DNA of 40,317 bases, taken from positions 1 through 40,317 of the forward strand of contig UYFQ01000318.1 in assembly GCA_900617105.1 (NCBI GenBank), written 5' to 3'. Below, piece after piece: positions 10,281 through 20,900 of this stretch. Each line of letters opens with the position of its first letter. Position 1 is the first letter of the stretch. The notes under the pieces are model-generated. The model was not told the origin of the DNA. It worked only from the letters and a program-made list of their open reading frames with translations, and did no database searches. A program made the translations under genes and the position numbers. The DNA comes from Hydrurus foetidus. Lineage: Eukaryota.

Positions 10281-12533
10281 CTTGCAGAATTGAGGTGGTG
10301 GCAAAAAAATTTGGAGGTTGAAATTTGTGTTTTGTAAAATGACATCCACTACAAACGTGAGGTTTAAAAAAGATACAAAACAGAGCTTTCGTATTTTGTC
10401 AACCACTACAACCGTAGAGGTACAAAGTACAAAAATAAAAGTTCAAAAATTTTCAAATTTTGTATTTTGTAATTTGTACTCCACTAGGAAGGGCCTTACA
10501 GCCTCCACGTAGAAGTTAACCCTAGCTTTCAGCTTTCCAGCTGTAACCGCGGTAAAAGAGAAAATCTGATGAATCCAAACGGGTCATACGTAGTGGATGA
10601 GCATCACGATATTTGTGTTGCAGATCTTACTCTGGCTCCGCACTCAATGCATTTGTTTCGACACATCGACTGGGTTACTCACCTCGCAGATGCCGTAGCA
10701 GGCATATCTTTTGTCTTCGATAATCAGTCATGGTTATTCCGCGAGAACATCCTCATCAATACCAATGTTGTGACAGCCGCAAGCCGTCACAAGGCCTCAA
10801 AGTTCATATATGTTGGCACTGCTTGCAGCTTTCCTCAGGAGGTGCAAGAGTTTGGGACAGTAGAGGACCCTGCGGCGCTTGATGAGAATCAAATTTTCCC
10901 TGCTCATCCAGAATCGTCCTACGGCTGGAGTAAACTCATGGGCGAGTATGAGGTATCGCTTATGCAGAAGATGAATGCTAGCGTGCTGCGGCTTCACAAT
11001 GTGTATGGTCCTGGAGCTGACTATGCTGATCTAACGAAGGCCCAAGCGCTTCCAGCAATAATTCGGAAAGCCATCAACTCACCCGCAGAGAAGTACAGTA
11101 TTTGGGGCAGCGGGAAGCAGTATCGGGATTTCGTCTTTGTTGACGACGTTGTTGATGCGCTCGTTGCCGCCATGCGGAAAGACAGCTTTGTCGGCGCCGC
11201 CCAAATCGGGACTAGTGTCGCCACAAATCTGAGAGATGCGGCTCTTATCGTCGCGAATCTGACATTGAAATGTCTCGGCAAAGCGTCGGATGTCCAGTTT
11301 GACACTGGCAAGAGAAATGGCGACCAAGGTAGAGTCGCCATCATAAAGAAGGCGCAGAAGCTTCTTTCCTGGACGCCGAAGGTGTCGATTGCACACGGTC
11401 TGAGCATGAATTACGCATGGATACTGAGAGACATGGCTTCAAGATCCAATAATAATGCGACACTGCTTCAGTACGCCCTGTGCCTTGACAAAGAAGCAGA
11501 AATTGAGAAGTCGCATGGCTGGAAGCCCCCAGTTCGCCAAGCAAAGGGATACAAGCTGGTCTTACCGCGCCCATCTGGAGATATATCCGCTGTGTTACCA
11601 CACTTCTTCTGCGAGAATGAGAGACAAGACATTCTGAAGCATATAGTGAAGAATCCACCACCCCGGAAATCTCTTGTTGTGTTACTATCATCTACTCGTG
11701 CAGGTCATATTACTTTCGACAGTTTCGCGGAGAACGTTCTGGAGCATCTCAACGCTGACCTTGCTCTTGCCGTGGAGTCTCAGGAACATGCAGCATCAGA
11801 TGCATACAGAAGCAATGCAACGTATTTGTGGGAACTAAACCCCCCTAATGACAACGACTACATGCACTTCTACAACGAAATCTCAACTCAGTGCTTTAAC
11901 CATCCATTCAATCGAACCTACGCAGCTCTGATGGGTAAGATGACCGTTAAAAAATCAAGCGGTTGGCTTGGATGCATCGGAGGTAGTGGTCACCCAGCCT
12001 GCTCGGGACAGCAAATATTCTACCGATGGTTTGCACTGCAGAATATTCTCAAGCACAAACTGTACGAGAAGTATGACACAGTGATCATCTCTCGCTCTGA
12101 CGAGTTGTGGGTACAACCTTATGACAACTCTACCTTCCCGGTTGAGATCGGGACGATGTATGTTCCACAAGCAGACGACTTTGGAGGACTGAGCGACCGC
12201 AACTACCACATGAGCATGTACGATGCAATCGACACCTTAAGCATGGCAGATAGTGTCATGGAAAGGGCAGACCCTCTTGACCAGATCGCTTACCTCAAGC
12301 CATTGGGGTTCGACGACTGCGGTAATCTTGAGAAAGCGAACAAGCTCTGGCATACAGTGATAAAAAAGATGAAGGTTGTGCGGTATCGTACAACAGGCAT
12401 GCTGATTGCTGACCCGAGCGACAGTGACAAACCAAAGTGGGTTAGACCGATACGCAGAAAGGTTCACCAGATGTACTTCAGTGTGAAGTACATGCAAGAG
12501 TACGACCTACTGAAAAAGTCAGGTCTACTTTAA

Positions 12534-15165
12534 ACTTTTAAGCAGCCGAATGATGACAAGTTGGTGATATCAATAGAAGTCTCAGGACATTCAATTAATC
12601 TGTCTTAATCAGGGGCTAACAAAATCAACAAAATTGTCAGCTATTATATATTATTTAGTTTTTAGAATACTGTCAAAATCGCGGGGCATTTGTCATTGCT
12701 GATAATTGTTTAGGATCTTAGATAGGGCTGAAGCAACTTAATTAAGGTTAGGGGACGATTTGTTTCTGGATAGATATTGTGACTCGTCGCATATCCTTAC
12801 ATGAAATAGTTAAAACACTAGATTATGGTTTATTTTAGTAGTTGGCTTCTACGAAATCCACAAATTATGAATCACGCAGCATAATCATAAAATTTATGAG
12901 TTTGCCAAAACACAAGGACACTGTGCTTTGGCACCCAGGCAGGGATGCAGTCTAATTTACAAGAAGTTACTAGTGATTTAGATTTTTTTGCGACGTTTTT
13001 AAAAACGCATTTTTCATTTCTCATCACTTCAGTAAAAAAACATTTTTGAAAAAGTGATTTTATTTTTAGTACTGTAACGAAATAGTCAATGATAGCGGGA
13101 AATTATTCGTTAGTGCTGGTCGATTACATCAGTGAGGTCGTGATCAGTAAGTCGTGACGCTTTGGACTTGATCATGCGAGTCTAATCCATGTTGAAGTTT
13201 GCATCGCATGTAATGCGGATACCGATGAGACCCTAAGATGTTGCATAAGTGACATCATAATTATGTTCGATGATGACAATGATGAGGAAATCCCATTCGG
13301 TAATGAGATCGAGAAGCCTGAATGATCTGAAGCCATCTGAATAAACTGCGAGAGTGATTGGTCAGTCGTCGATCCACTCATAGAAAAGCTTCAAATCCCG
13401 TGTTGCGTTAGTGCATCAACATTCTCAGGGACATCTGCACAGCTGGTAGGAACCCTGTGTGACGGTTCGGGATTTAGAACCCCATTCCAAGCATTAAGTA
13501 CCGTGTAGCAGTTGCTAGATGTGGATGAGGCTAGGACATCTTGCAGCCAGCTAGCTTATCTTGCAATCCATGCATGCAGAAGTAGACATTTTTGCAAGCT
13601 CCTTCTCCCTAACGGTTGTACGCTACTCGATGTTTGCGACTCCGATTAATGTTAGTATTCCAAACGAAATTGATAAAAGCGGAATAACAAATATAAAATC
13701 AGCACCTAAAGGTACAACAAATTTCTTTTGATCTGAAACCTGTGCGAGTGAAATTAGATAACACATCTAATGTTATTGATGATGATAAGAGCGTTTGAAC
13801 ACACCTAAACAGGTATTCGAAAAAGACGATGTCGTGTATTGGTGCTCTGCACATGTTCAAAATCACGGACACTTCTTATCATTGATAAAAGATAAAAGCA
13901 AACCATCTTAATCATTGAGAATTGCTCATTAATTTTGACCTACTCAGTGCTCTCAACCATCCTTTAATACTATGGCTGTATCAGATTGTAAGAAAACCGT
14001 CAATACTAAATTAAAAAGATATTCCAAAAGAACGCATTTTTACATTTCAAGAGAACCATGAAAGGGTTTGAAATAGGAGTGAAAAATGGAATGAGTGAGA
14101 ATGGTGAAGTGACCGTTGTTCCTTTTAAGATCGATAGAGAGGAATCGACGTTTTCTGTAGGCCTTTTTAATCGTCACAAAATAATGACATTCAATTGAAA
14201 CCTTCAAAAACCCTACCCCATGCCACTGCTTTCTATTCATTCGGAAGATTATTAATAATCATCATCTTACCATAATGATGATGGAGTCGCCACTTATCGT
14301 TTCTTTAACTTGAGAAAATTATTGAGATTGATGACAAAAGTTGGTAAAAGGGACTTAAGAAAATACAACAATGCTGTTTCGATGACTACATTGTAACGTT
14401 CCAGTATAAGTTCTGACTGATATTTGGAAATATAGAATTATCATTCTCTGTTGTCTCGTAATAAATTGGAGCAAGAGCGACATTCTCAATCCATTTACTG
14501 TTTACCATCATGTTACATTCAGACTGCAACATGCCATATAAATTCAGTTGGAAAAGATGCTGCTATATGACATCAGTTTGCCTCTTATCATGCATTTTGT
14601 CGTCACCAAATCACTCTCTCATCTAATTTGTTAATTCCTCAGCTTCAATACAAAGAAAAAACGGATTTATTAATGTCATTTTTCAATGTTTTAGTTTATC
14701 AAATTGGATTTTAGAGCGTCCATATTTTTTTAATTTTGACGACTTTCTTGTATGGGTACCTGACTACTTGAGCTACTTATGTAATAATAAAGTTTGATGA
14801 TTCTACAAGATACTATTTCATTTTCTGATAGTATGAACAGTGGTAATCCAGTGCTTAGCTATTTCACATAGAGGATATGTGGAGAGCGATAATAGCTATC
14901 CACAAAAAATGGCCTAATGACCTTATTTCAAGTTGAGCATAAGTCGACTCTGTGCTATCTAAGATCCTATACAATTATCAGAATAGACAAATGCCCCACA
15001 ATTTACTCAACGTGTCAAATATCTAAATAAAAATGTAATAAAATGTAACTGTTAATGTTGTAAATCCTTGAAAAATCAGATAAGAATTATCGAAGGTAGA
15101 TTCATTGAATGTCCTGAGACTTGTATTGATATCCCCAACTTGTCATCATTCGACTTATTCAATGT
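12534..15165. repeat. Inverted-duplication 3' flanks (about 12545-12830 versus 14845-15155) around a unique spacer
   Basis: GAATGATGACAAGTTGG.GATATCAATA.AAGTCTCAGGACATTCAAT and GGGGCATTTGTC...CTGATAATTGT.TAGGATCTTAGATAG occur in opposite orientation downstream of both epimerase copies. Confidence 0.8.
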
Positions 15166-17352
15166 TTAAAGAACTCCCAATTGCTTAAGAAGATCGTACT
15201 CTTGTATGTATTTCACACTGAAGTACATCTGGTGAACCTTTCTGCGTATCGGTCTAGCCCACTTTGATTTATCGCTGTCGCTCGGGTCAGCAATCAGCAT
15301 GCCTGTTGTACGATACCGCACAACCTTCATCTTTTTTATCACTGTATGCCAGAGCTTGTTCGCTTTCTCAAGATTACCGCAGTCGTCGTATCCCAATGGC
15401 TTGAGGTAAGCGATCTGGTCAAGAGGGTCTGCCCTTTCCATGACACTATCTGCCATGCTTAAAGTGTTGATTGCATCGTACATGCTCATGTGGTAGTTGC
15501 GGTCGCTCAGTCCTCCAAAGTCGTCTGCTTGTGGAACATACATCGTCCCGATCTCAACCGGGAAGGTAGAGTTGTCATAAGGTTGTACCCACAACTCGTC
15601 AGAGCGAGAGATGATCACTGTGTCATACTTCTCGTATAGTTTGTGCTTGAGAATATTCTGCAGCGCAAACCATCGGTAAAATATTATCTGTCCCGAGCAG
15701 GCTGCATGGCCGGAGCCTTCAATGCATCCGAGCCAACCGCTTGACGCGGTAGCTGTCATCTTACCCATCAGAGCTGCATAGGTTCGATTGAATGGATGGT
15801 TAAAGCACTGGGTTGAGATTTCGTTGTAGAATTCGCCAAAATCGTTGTAGGCGGGAGGATTCAGTTCCCACAAATACGTAGCATTGCTTCTGTACGCATC
15901 TATTGCTGCATGTTCCTGAGACTCCACGGCAAGAGCAAGGTCAGCGTTGAGATGCTCCAGTACGTTCTCCGCGAAACTGTCGAAAGTAATATGACCTGCA
16001 CGAGTAGATGATAGTAACACAACAAGAGTTTTCCGGGGTGGTGGATTCTTCACTATATGCTTCAGAATGTCTTGTCTCTCATTCTCGCAGAAGAAGTGTG
16101 GTAACACAGCGGATATATCTCCAGATGGGCGCGGTAAGACCAGCTTGTATCCCTTTGCTTGGCGAACTGGGGGCTTCCAGCTACGTGATTTCTCAATTTC
16201 TGCTTCTTTGTCAAGGCACAGGGCGTACTGAAGCAGTGTCGCATTATTATTGGATCTTGAAGCCATGTCTCTCAGTATCCATGCGTAATTCATGCTCAGA
16301 CCGTGCGCAATCGACACCTTCGGCGTCCAGGAAAGAAGCTTCTGCGCTTTCTTTATGATGGCGACTCTCCCTTGGTCGCCATTTCTCTTGCCAGTGTCAA
16401 ACTGGACATCCAACGCTTTACCGAGACATTTCAATGTCAGATTCGCGACGATAAGAGCCGCATCTCTCAGATTCGTGGCGACACTAGTCCCGATTTGGGC
16501 GGCGCCGACAAAGCTGTCTTTCCGCATGGCGGCAACGAGCGCATCAACAACGTCGTCAACAAAGACGAAATCCCGATACTGCTTCCCGCTGCCCCAAATA
16601 CTGTACTTCTCTGCGGGTGAGTTGATGGCTTTCCGAATTATTGCTGGAAGCGCTTGGGCCTTCGTTAGATCAGCATAGTCAGCTCCAGGACCATACACAT
16701 TGTGAAGCCGCAGCACGCTAGCATTCATCTTCTGCATAAGCGATACCTCATACTCGCCCATGAGTTTACTCCAGCCGTAGGACGATTCTGGATGAGCAGG
16801 GAAAATTTGATTCTCATCAAGCGCCGCAGGGTCCTCTACTGTCCCAAACTCTTGCACCTCCTGAGGAAAGCTGCAAGCAGTGCCAACATATATGAACTTT
16901 GAGGCCTTGTGACGGCTTGCGGCTGTCACAACATTGGTATTGATGAGGATGTTCTCGCGGAATAACCATGACTGATTATCGAAGACAAAAGATATGCCTG
17001 CTACGGCATCTGCGAGGTGAATAACCCAGTCGATGTGTCGAAACAAATGCATTGAGTGCGGAGCCAGAGTAAGATCTGCAACACAAATATCGTGATGCTC
17101 ATCCACTACGTATGACCCGTTTGGATTCATCAGATTTTCTCTTTTACCGCGCCAGAAATTGTCCACAATTTTCACGGAGGGATATCCCATGCCTTTCAGC
17201 CTTTTGACTAAAGTGCTTCCAATGAAACCAGCTCCTCCAGTTACCATTATCCTAGGGAAAGGATCTGTTCGAGTGAAGAAGCTGCAGTTGTATGAGCGGC
17301 TCGACACAGTGATGAAATTGACACTAGTGAGTATCAACAAGAAAGAAACCAT
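15166..17352 (-). CDS. Intact copy B: secretory-pathway NAD-dependent nucleotide-sugar epimerase/dehydratase (extended SDR, GDP-mannose 3,5-epimerase-like) fused to an uncharacterised C-terminal domain
   Basis: N-terminal hydrophobic MVSFLLILTSVNFITVSS, then VTGGAGFIG, HLAD, YVGTACSFP, PESSYGWSK (YxxxK), LRLHNVYGP and WGSGKQYRDFVFVDD, followed by about 290 aa containing IISRSD and DDFGGLSDR. First ATG at 17352; no introns. Confidence 0.88.
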   Translation of the reverse strand: MVSFLLILTSVNFITVSSRSYNCSFFTRTDPFPRIMVTGGAGFIGSTLVKRLKGMGYPSVKIVDNFWRGKRENLMNPNGSYVVDEHHDICVADLTLAPHSMHLFRHIDWVIHLADAVAGISFVFDNQSWLFRENILINTNVVTAASRHKASKFIYVGTACSFPQEVQEFGTVEDPAALDENQIFPAHPESSYGWSKLMGEYEVSLMQKMNASVLRLHNVYGPGADYADLTKAQALPAIIRKAINSPAEKYSIWGSGKQYRDFVFVDDVVDALVAAMRKDSFVGAAQIGTSVATNLRDAALIVANLTLKCLGKALDVQFDTGKRNGDQGRVAIIKKAQKLLSWTPKVSIAHGLSMNYAWILRDMASRSNNNATLLQYALCLDKEAEIEKSRSWKPPVRQAKGYKLVLPRPSGDISAVLPHFFCENERQDILKHIVKNPPPRKTLVVLLSSTRAGHITFDSFAENVLEHLNADLALAVESQEHAAIDAYRSNATYLWELNPPAYNDFGEFYNEISTQCFNHPFNRTYAALMGKMTATASSGWLGCIEGSGHAACSGQIIFYRWFALQNILKHKLYEKYDTVIISRSDELWVQPYDNSTFPVEIGTMYVPQADDFGGLSDRNYHMSMYDAINTLSMADSVMERADPLDQIAYLKPLGYDDCGNLEKANKLWHTVIKKMKVVRYRTTGMLIADPSDSDKSKWARPIRRKVHQMYFSVKYIQEYDLLKQLGVL

Positions 17353-17543
17353 TTCAAGCGTACCACCCACTAATTAGCTCTTTCCCTGCGATGTAACCGG
17401 TCGTTTGACGACTGCTTCTCGAGGCTCGAGTTTGTCAGACGCCACCTCTGAACTGCCGATCCCTGATTAGATTACAGTACGAAGGTGTTCATTGTTCAGT
17501 GTTCCATACACATCTCATAGAATATACGTATATTTACTGTGGG

Positions 17544-17936
17544 TGTTGGATATAGCACAGCTATCCCTATGGGGACAATCCCTTTGGGGACAATCCCTTT
17601 GGGGTAATATCATTCAAGCCCAAGTGGAGGAGCGAGGGTAGCGCTCACAGACCCGAGAACCATCACTCAAACTGTACTGAAAGTTGCAACTGATGATGAC
17701 AGTGAACAGTCAACTGTAGCTAGTATAGCTAGCCATGAACTGCTTTGTATTGACACCCTGAGCACTTCTAATTAAGAGAGACTATATGGCTGTGTGCCAT
17801 TATACCTACACTAGAGTGAACTGTTGGAGCAACTTTGGTCGACTAGCTGAAAGCAAAGTGTGTTCTAAACGAATCACTGCTATCAACCAGGTGCTCTGAC
17901 TGGATCTAGGATCCACAAGACAGTTTTATTCCAAGA
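17544..17936 (+). repeat. Copia 5' LTR (393 bp, TG...GA)
   Basis: TGTTGGA...TCCAAGA; direct repeat of 23047-23426; carries an extra GGGGACAATCCCTTT copy. Confidence 0.93.
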
Positions 17937-17938
17937 TA

Positions 17939-17951
17939 ATTAGAAGTCGCA
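17939..17951 (+). other. Putative primer-binding site complementary to the anticodon arm of tRNA-Arg(UCU)
   Basis: ATTAGAAGTCGCA lies 2 nt after the LTR; its reverse complement TGCGA-CTTCTAA-T has the form stem + UCU anticodon loop. No TGG is present. Confidence 0.7.
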
Positions 17952-17962
17952 AGCTGCTCAGA

Positions 17963-20900
17963 GTGAGCCAGCGAGGCGAGAAGGGCGCTGCCCAACCGAG
18001 ATCCGAGAAGGGTGGAAAGTCTGAAAAATCCACGATCGGAGATGGCGTGAAGCCAGAGAATCTTCCTGAGATAGCCCACAATGGCTGGAAAGAATGGGAC
18101 GACAACATGCAGATTCTGAAAGAGTACATGCGAGTCAACTTTCAAGACCTTGAGTCAATCTGTCCCGACCCCATGATGCTGTCGATAAAACCTGCATATG
18201 AGGTTTACGAATTCGCAGAACCCGACTATGCAAAACTCGAGGCTCTGGACGACACTACTGACCCAAAGGGATTTCGAGCAAAGCTAATGATGGCAGACTT
18301 GAATAGTGAGAGAGCAGTCGTGACAAAGATGAAAAAGAAGCAAATGGAGGACCGACGATCAGCATATCGACTGATCCGATCGATGTGTTCACCATCGCTA
18401 AATGCAATTTTGATAGCGAATGCCAAATTCATCGCTGTCAAATTCGATGATCCACTCGAACTGCTGGCAGTAATCAAGTCAGTAGTCACATCCAGATGTG
18501 ATGGAAATCAGGAATTAGAGCGGTCCCAGGCCCTACGGGACTGGTATACACTCACCATGAGTACGGGCGAAGAGATCGTAACGTACGGACGGCGCGCAGT
18601 CAAGCTTTTCGACCGACTTGCTGCGACAGGAGTACCAATAGCACAAATTCCAGATGCAAAACAACAAGCCATGAGGTTAATCGACGGTCTAAGTAGCACC
18701 GTGCAGGTCTACCACGACTACAAAAATTACCTCAGCAACTCCCTCGAGTGCACCGCTATCGACATCTATCCGAAGACTTTGGTGGAGGCCATCAATGGAG
18801 CAACCCGATTCCATCGAGGGGCGAAGGGTAGCACATTGCAATCAGCGATAGCGACTCCGCACACAGCACTGGCGGCGAAGAATCCCGGCAAACAGGGTGG
18901 TCCCCCAAAGGGAGAAAAATCACCTGCCAAAGACAAGGCCAAAAAGATCGATGCTGACAAGATTAAGGAGCCGAAAGTGAAATTTGCTAAGGAAGCAAAG
19001 GAAGGCAAGTTCAGTGGAACCTGCTACTACTGCAAGAAAGTCGGTCACCGTGCTAGTGAGTGCAGAAAGAAGGCGGCGGATGAGGCCGATTCAGCACCAA
19101 AAACTTCATACTCGGTCATTAGACAAACCAAAGAAGATGACACCAACGACGAAGACAATCGGTATACAGCTTTTGGCCAAATGTGGGACCAAGAGGTTAA
19201 CGAGAATCAGTATGGCGACAGGCACTGTAGTGTGTGCCTCACCACCACCCCACCGGTGGAAGTCGCAACCCTCGGTCCTCGGACTGATTTTTCCGCAAAC
19301 CAACACATCAACCAACAAAGTACCTCGGAGGCCATCTTCGACACAGGAGCTATTGGAACCATCATTACATGTGCAGATTTTCTGACTGACATTGCAACAT
19401 GCACTCCAACTGTATTCAAAGGCTTGCATGGTTCCCTTACTGTAACTAAAGCAGGACTTCCTCGAGATATTGGTATTGTTCATTTTGATCCGCGAGCTGG
19501 ACTTTCCATCATCTCGGCATCGGATTGCCTGTTGCAAGGACACAACTGGGAGTTTCGCCAAGGTTCTGCAATAGATCAAGATGCATTTCTGCTTCACACT
19601 GATCAGAATACATACAAATTTCAACACCGTGGAGGGCTGTATGTCAGCGATTTGGCAACGCCTCCAGAGCCGCGATACTCTGACGCCGCAGAGCGCAGAA
19701 ATGGATATGCACATCCCGCAGTGGTGAAAACACCATCTAGCAACTTATTTTACTCTACTAAGCTAGAAACAACGGCAGGAAACGAAGCCAATTTCACAAA
19801 ACGCGAAGTTCAAAGAAGCGTCGATGCACGACGTTTGCAAGCGAGTTTAGGATTCCCACCCGATCAGAAATTCATTTCTGCTTTGAGGGCTGGGACATTT
19901 CTCAACTGCGACATCTTACCTGAAGACATCGCACGTGCCACAGCAATTTGGGGAGCAAGCACTGCTTCGCTCAAAGGACGCACTATTAGGCTGAGGCCTA
20001 TGCCACCACCACAACTACCTACAACGGCCCGCAACATTGACGATCAACACATGCATTGTGATGTCATGTTCATAAATCGACACCCATTTCTAGTTTCGAT
20101 TACTCACCCACTGGGTATTGTTTTGGTGGCCTGCATTGAGAATCTCACAACGCCGGTGCTCCGACAGAGCATCAAGCGTATGTTCGGAACCATCGGGTCC
20201 CGACGCATTTCCATCGTGAAATTTACCAGCGATAATGAGAGAGGCATTGCGGCACTTGTCAACGACATGAACGCCATGGGCGTCGAGGTCATTACAGTTG
20301 GTCCAGGGCAACACGATCACATTATTGAGCGAATGATCAGGCACCTGAAGGAGACCATCCGTTGTACCATCTTCAGTCTACCGTACCTCCTACCAGATAT
20401 ACTGATGCCTCACCTCGTCATGAGCTCAGCAAGGAAGCTTCTACTGTTTCCCTCCTCAACAAGAACAGATAGGATCTCCCCCTTCGAAGCATTTTTTGGA
20501 AGGAAGGCCGACACGAAAAAAGATATCGGGCCGCCTTTCGGCTCATACTGCCAAGTCACCGCAAGGGTACTTAGCAACAACATGAATCCACGAACCATCG
20601 GATGCCTATACCTGGAACCAAAGATGAATGGGACAGGCACTCATTCCTTCATGCGCATCGATACAAGGAGCATCATATCGGCCAACCACTACGTGGTACT
20701 ACCGATACCTCCACTCGTCACCACCACTATAAATGGGTGGGCATCGAAGAATAAAATCCACATATCGCAAGAACCGATATTCACTTTCCATGATAGAGAC
20801 ATCACTGGAGATATCGATGATGATGTGGTAACAATGGATACACCTTCAGAATCGGAACCCACGATCCAATTCCGACACCTACCTCCCATACAACCGGTGT

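Larger units (their letters stand above)
7889..10495. mobile_element. PIF/Harbinger DNA transposon 3 (degenerate)
   Basis: TTA TSD (7886-7888, 10496-10498); TIRs GGTCGGTCCCAGTGGAGTACAAA versus reverse complement GGCCCTTCCTAGTGGAGTACAAA (19/23); repeated GTACAAAA subterminal motifs. Confidence 0.88.
7555..10547 (+). mobile_element. Truncated Gypsy-like fragment (3'UTR, PPT, about 150-bp LTR starting at 7791), itself split by transposon 3
   Basis: GGATAAGTGGGGGTAG|TGTGG at 7775-7795 parallels AGATAAGTAGGGGTAG|TGTGG at 571-591; T-rich UTR-like sequence upstream; the non-gene sequence continues at 10499-10547 after the TTA TSD. Confidence 0.65.
7360..12533 (+). pseudogene. Disrupted copy A of the epimerase-fusion gene (5' part 7360 to about 7554, 3' part 10548-12533)
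   Basis: The 5' part encodes the signal peptide and VTGGAGFIG up to KIVDN. The sequence resumes at CGCGGTAAAAGAG (RGKREN) exactly as in intact copy B, with about 3 kb of TE sequence between. Confidence 0.92.

Noticed and set aside
14056..14600. Stop-interrupted plus-strand frame in the spacer between the epimerase copies
   Set aside because: Multiple stops and no identifiable family.
12940..17465. hAT-like ends (CAGGGATGCAGT at 12940, reverse-complement CAGGGATCGGCAGT ending at 17465) enclosing epimerase copy B as a Pack element
   Set aside because: The match is short and gapped and the flanks (CACCCAGG versus ATTAGATT) give no 8-bp TSD; only a faint hAT-like peptide (LQKCLLLHAW, minus strand near 13565-13600) was seen.
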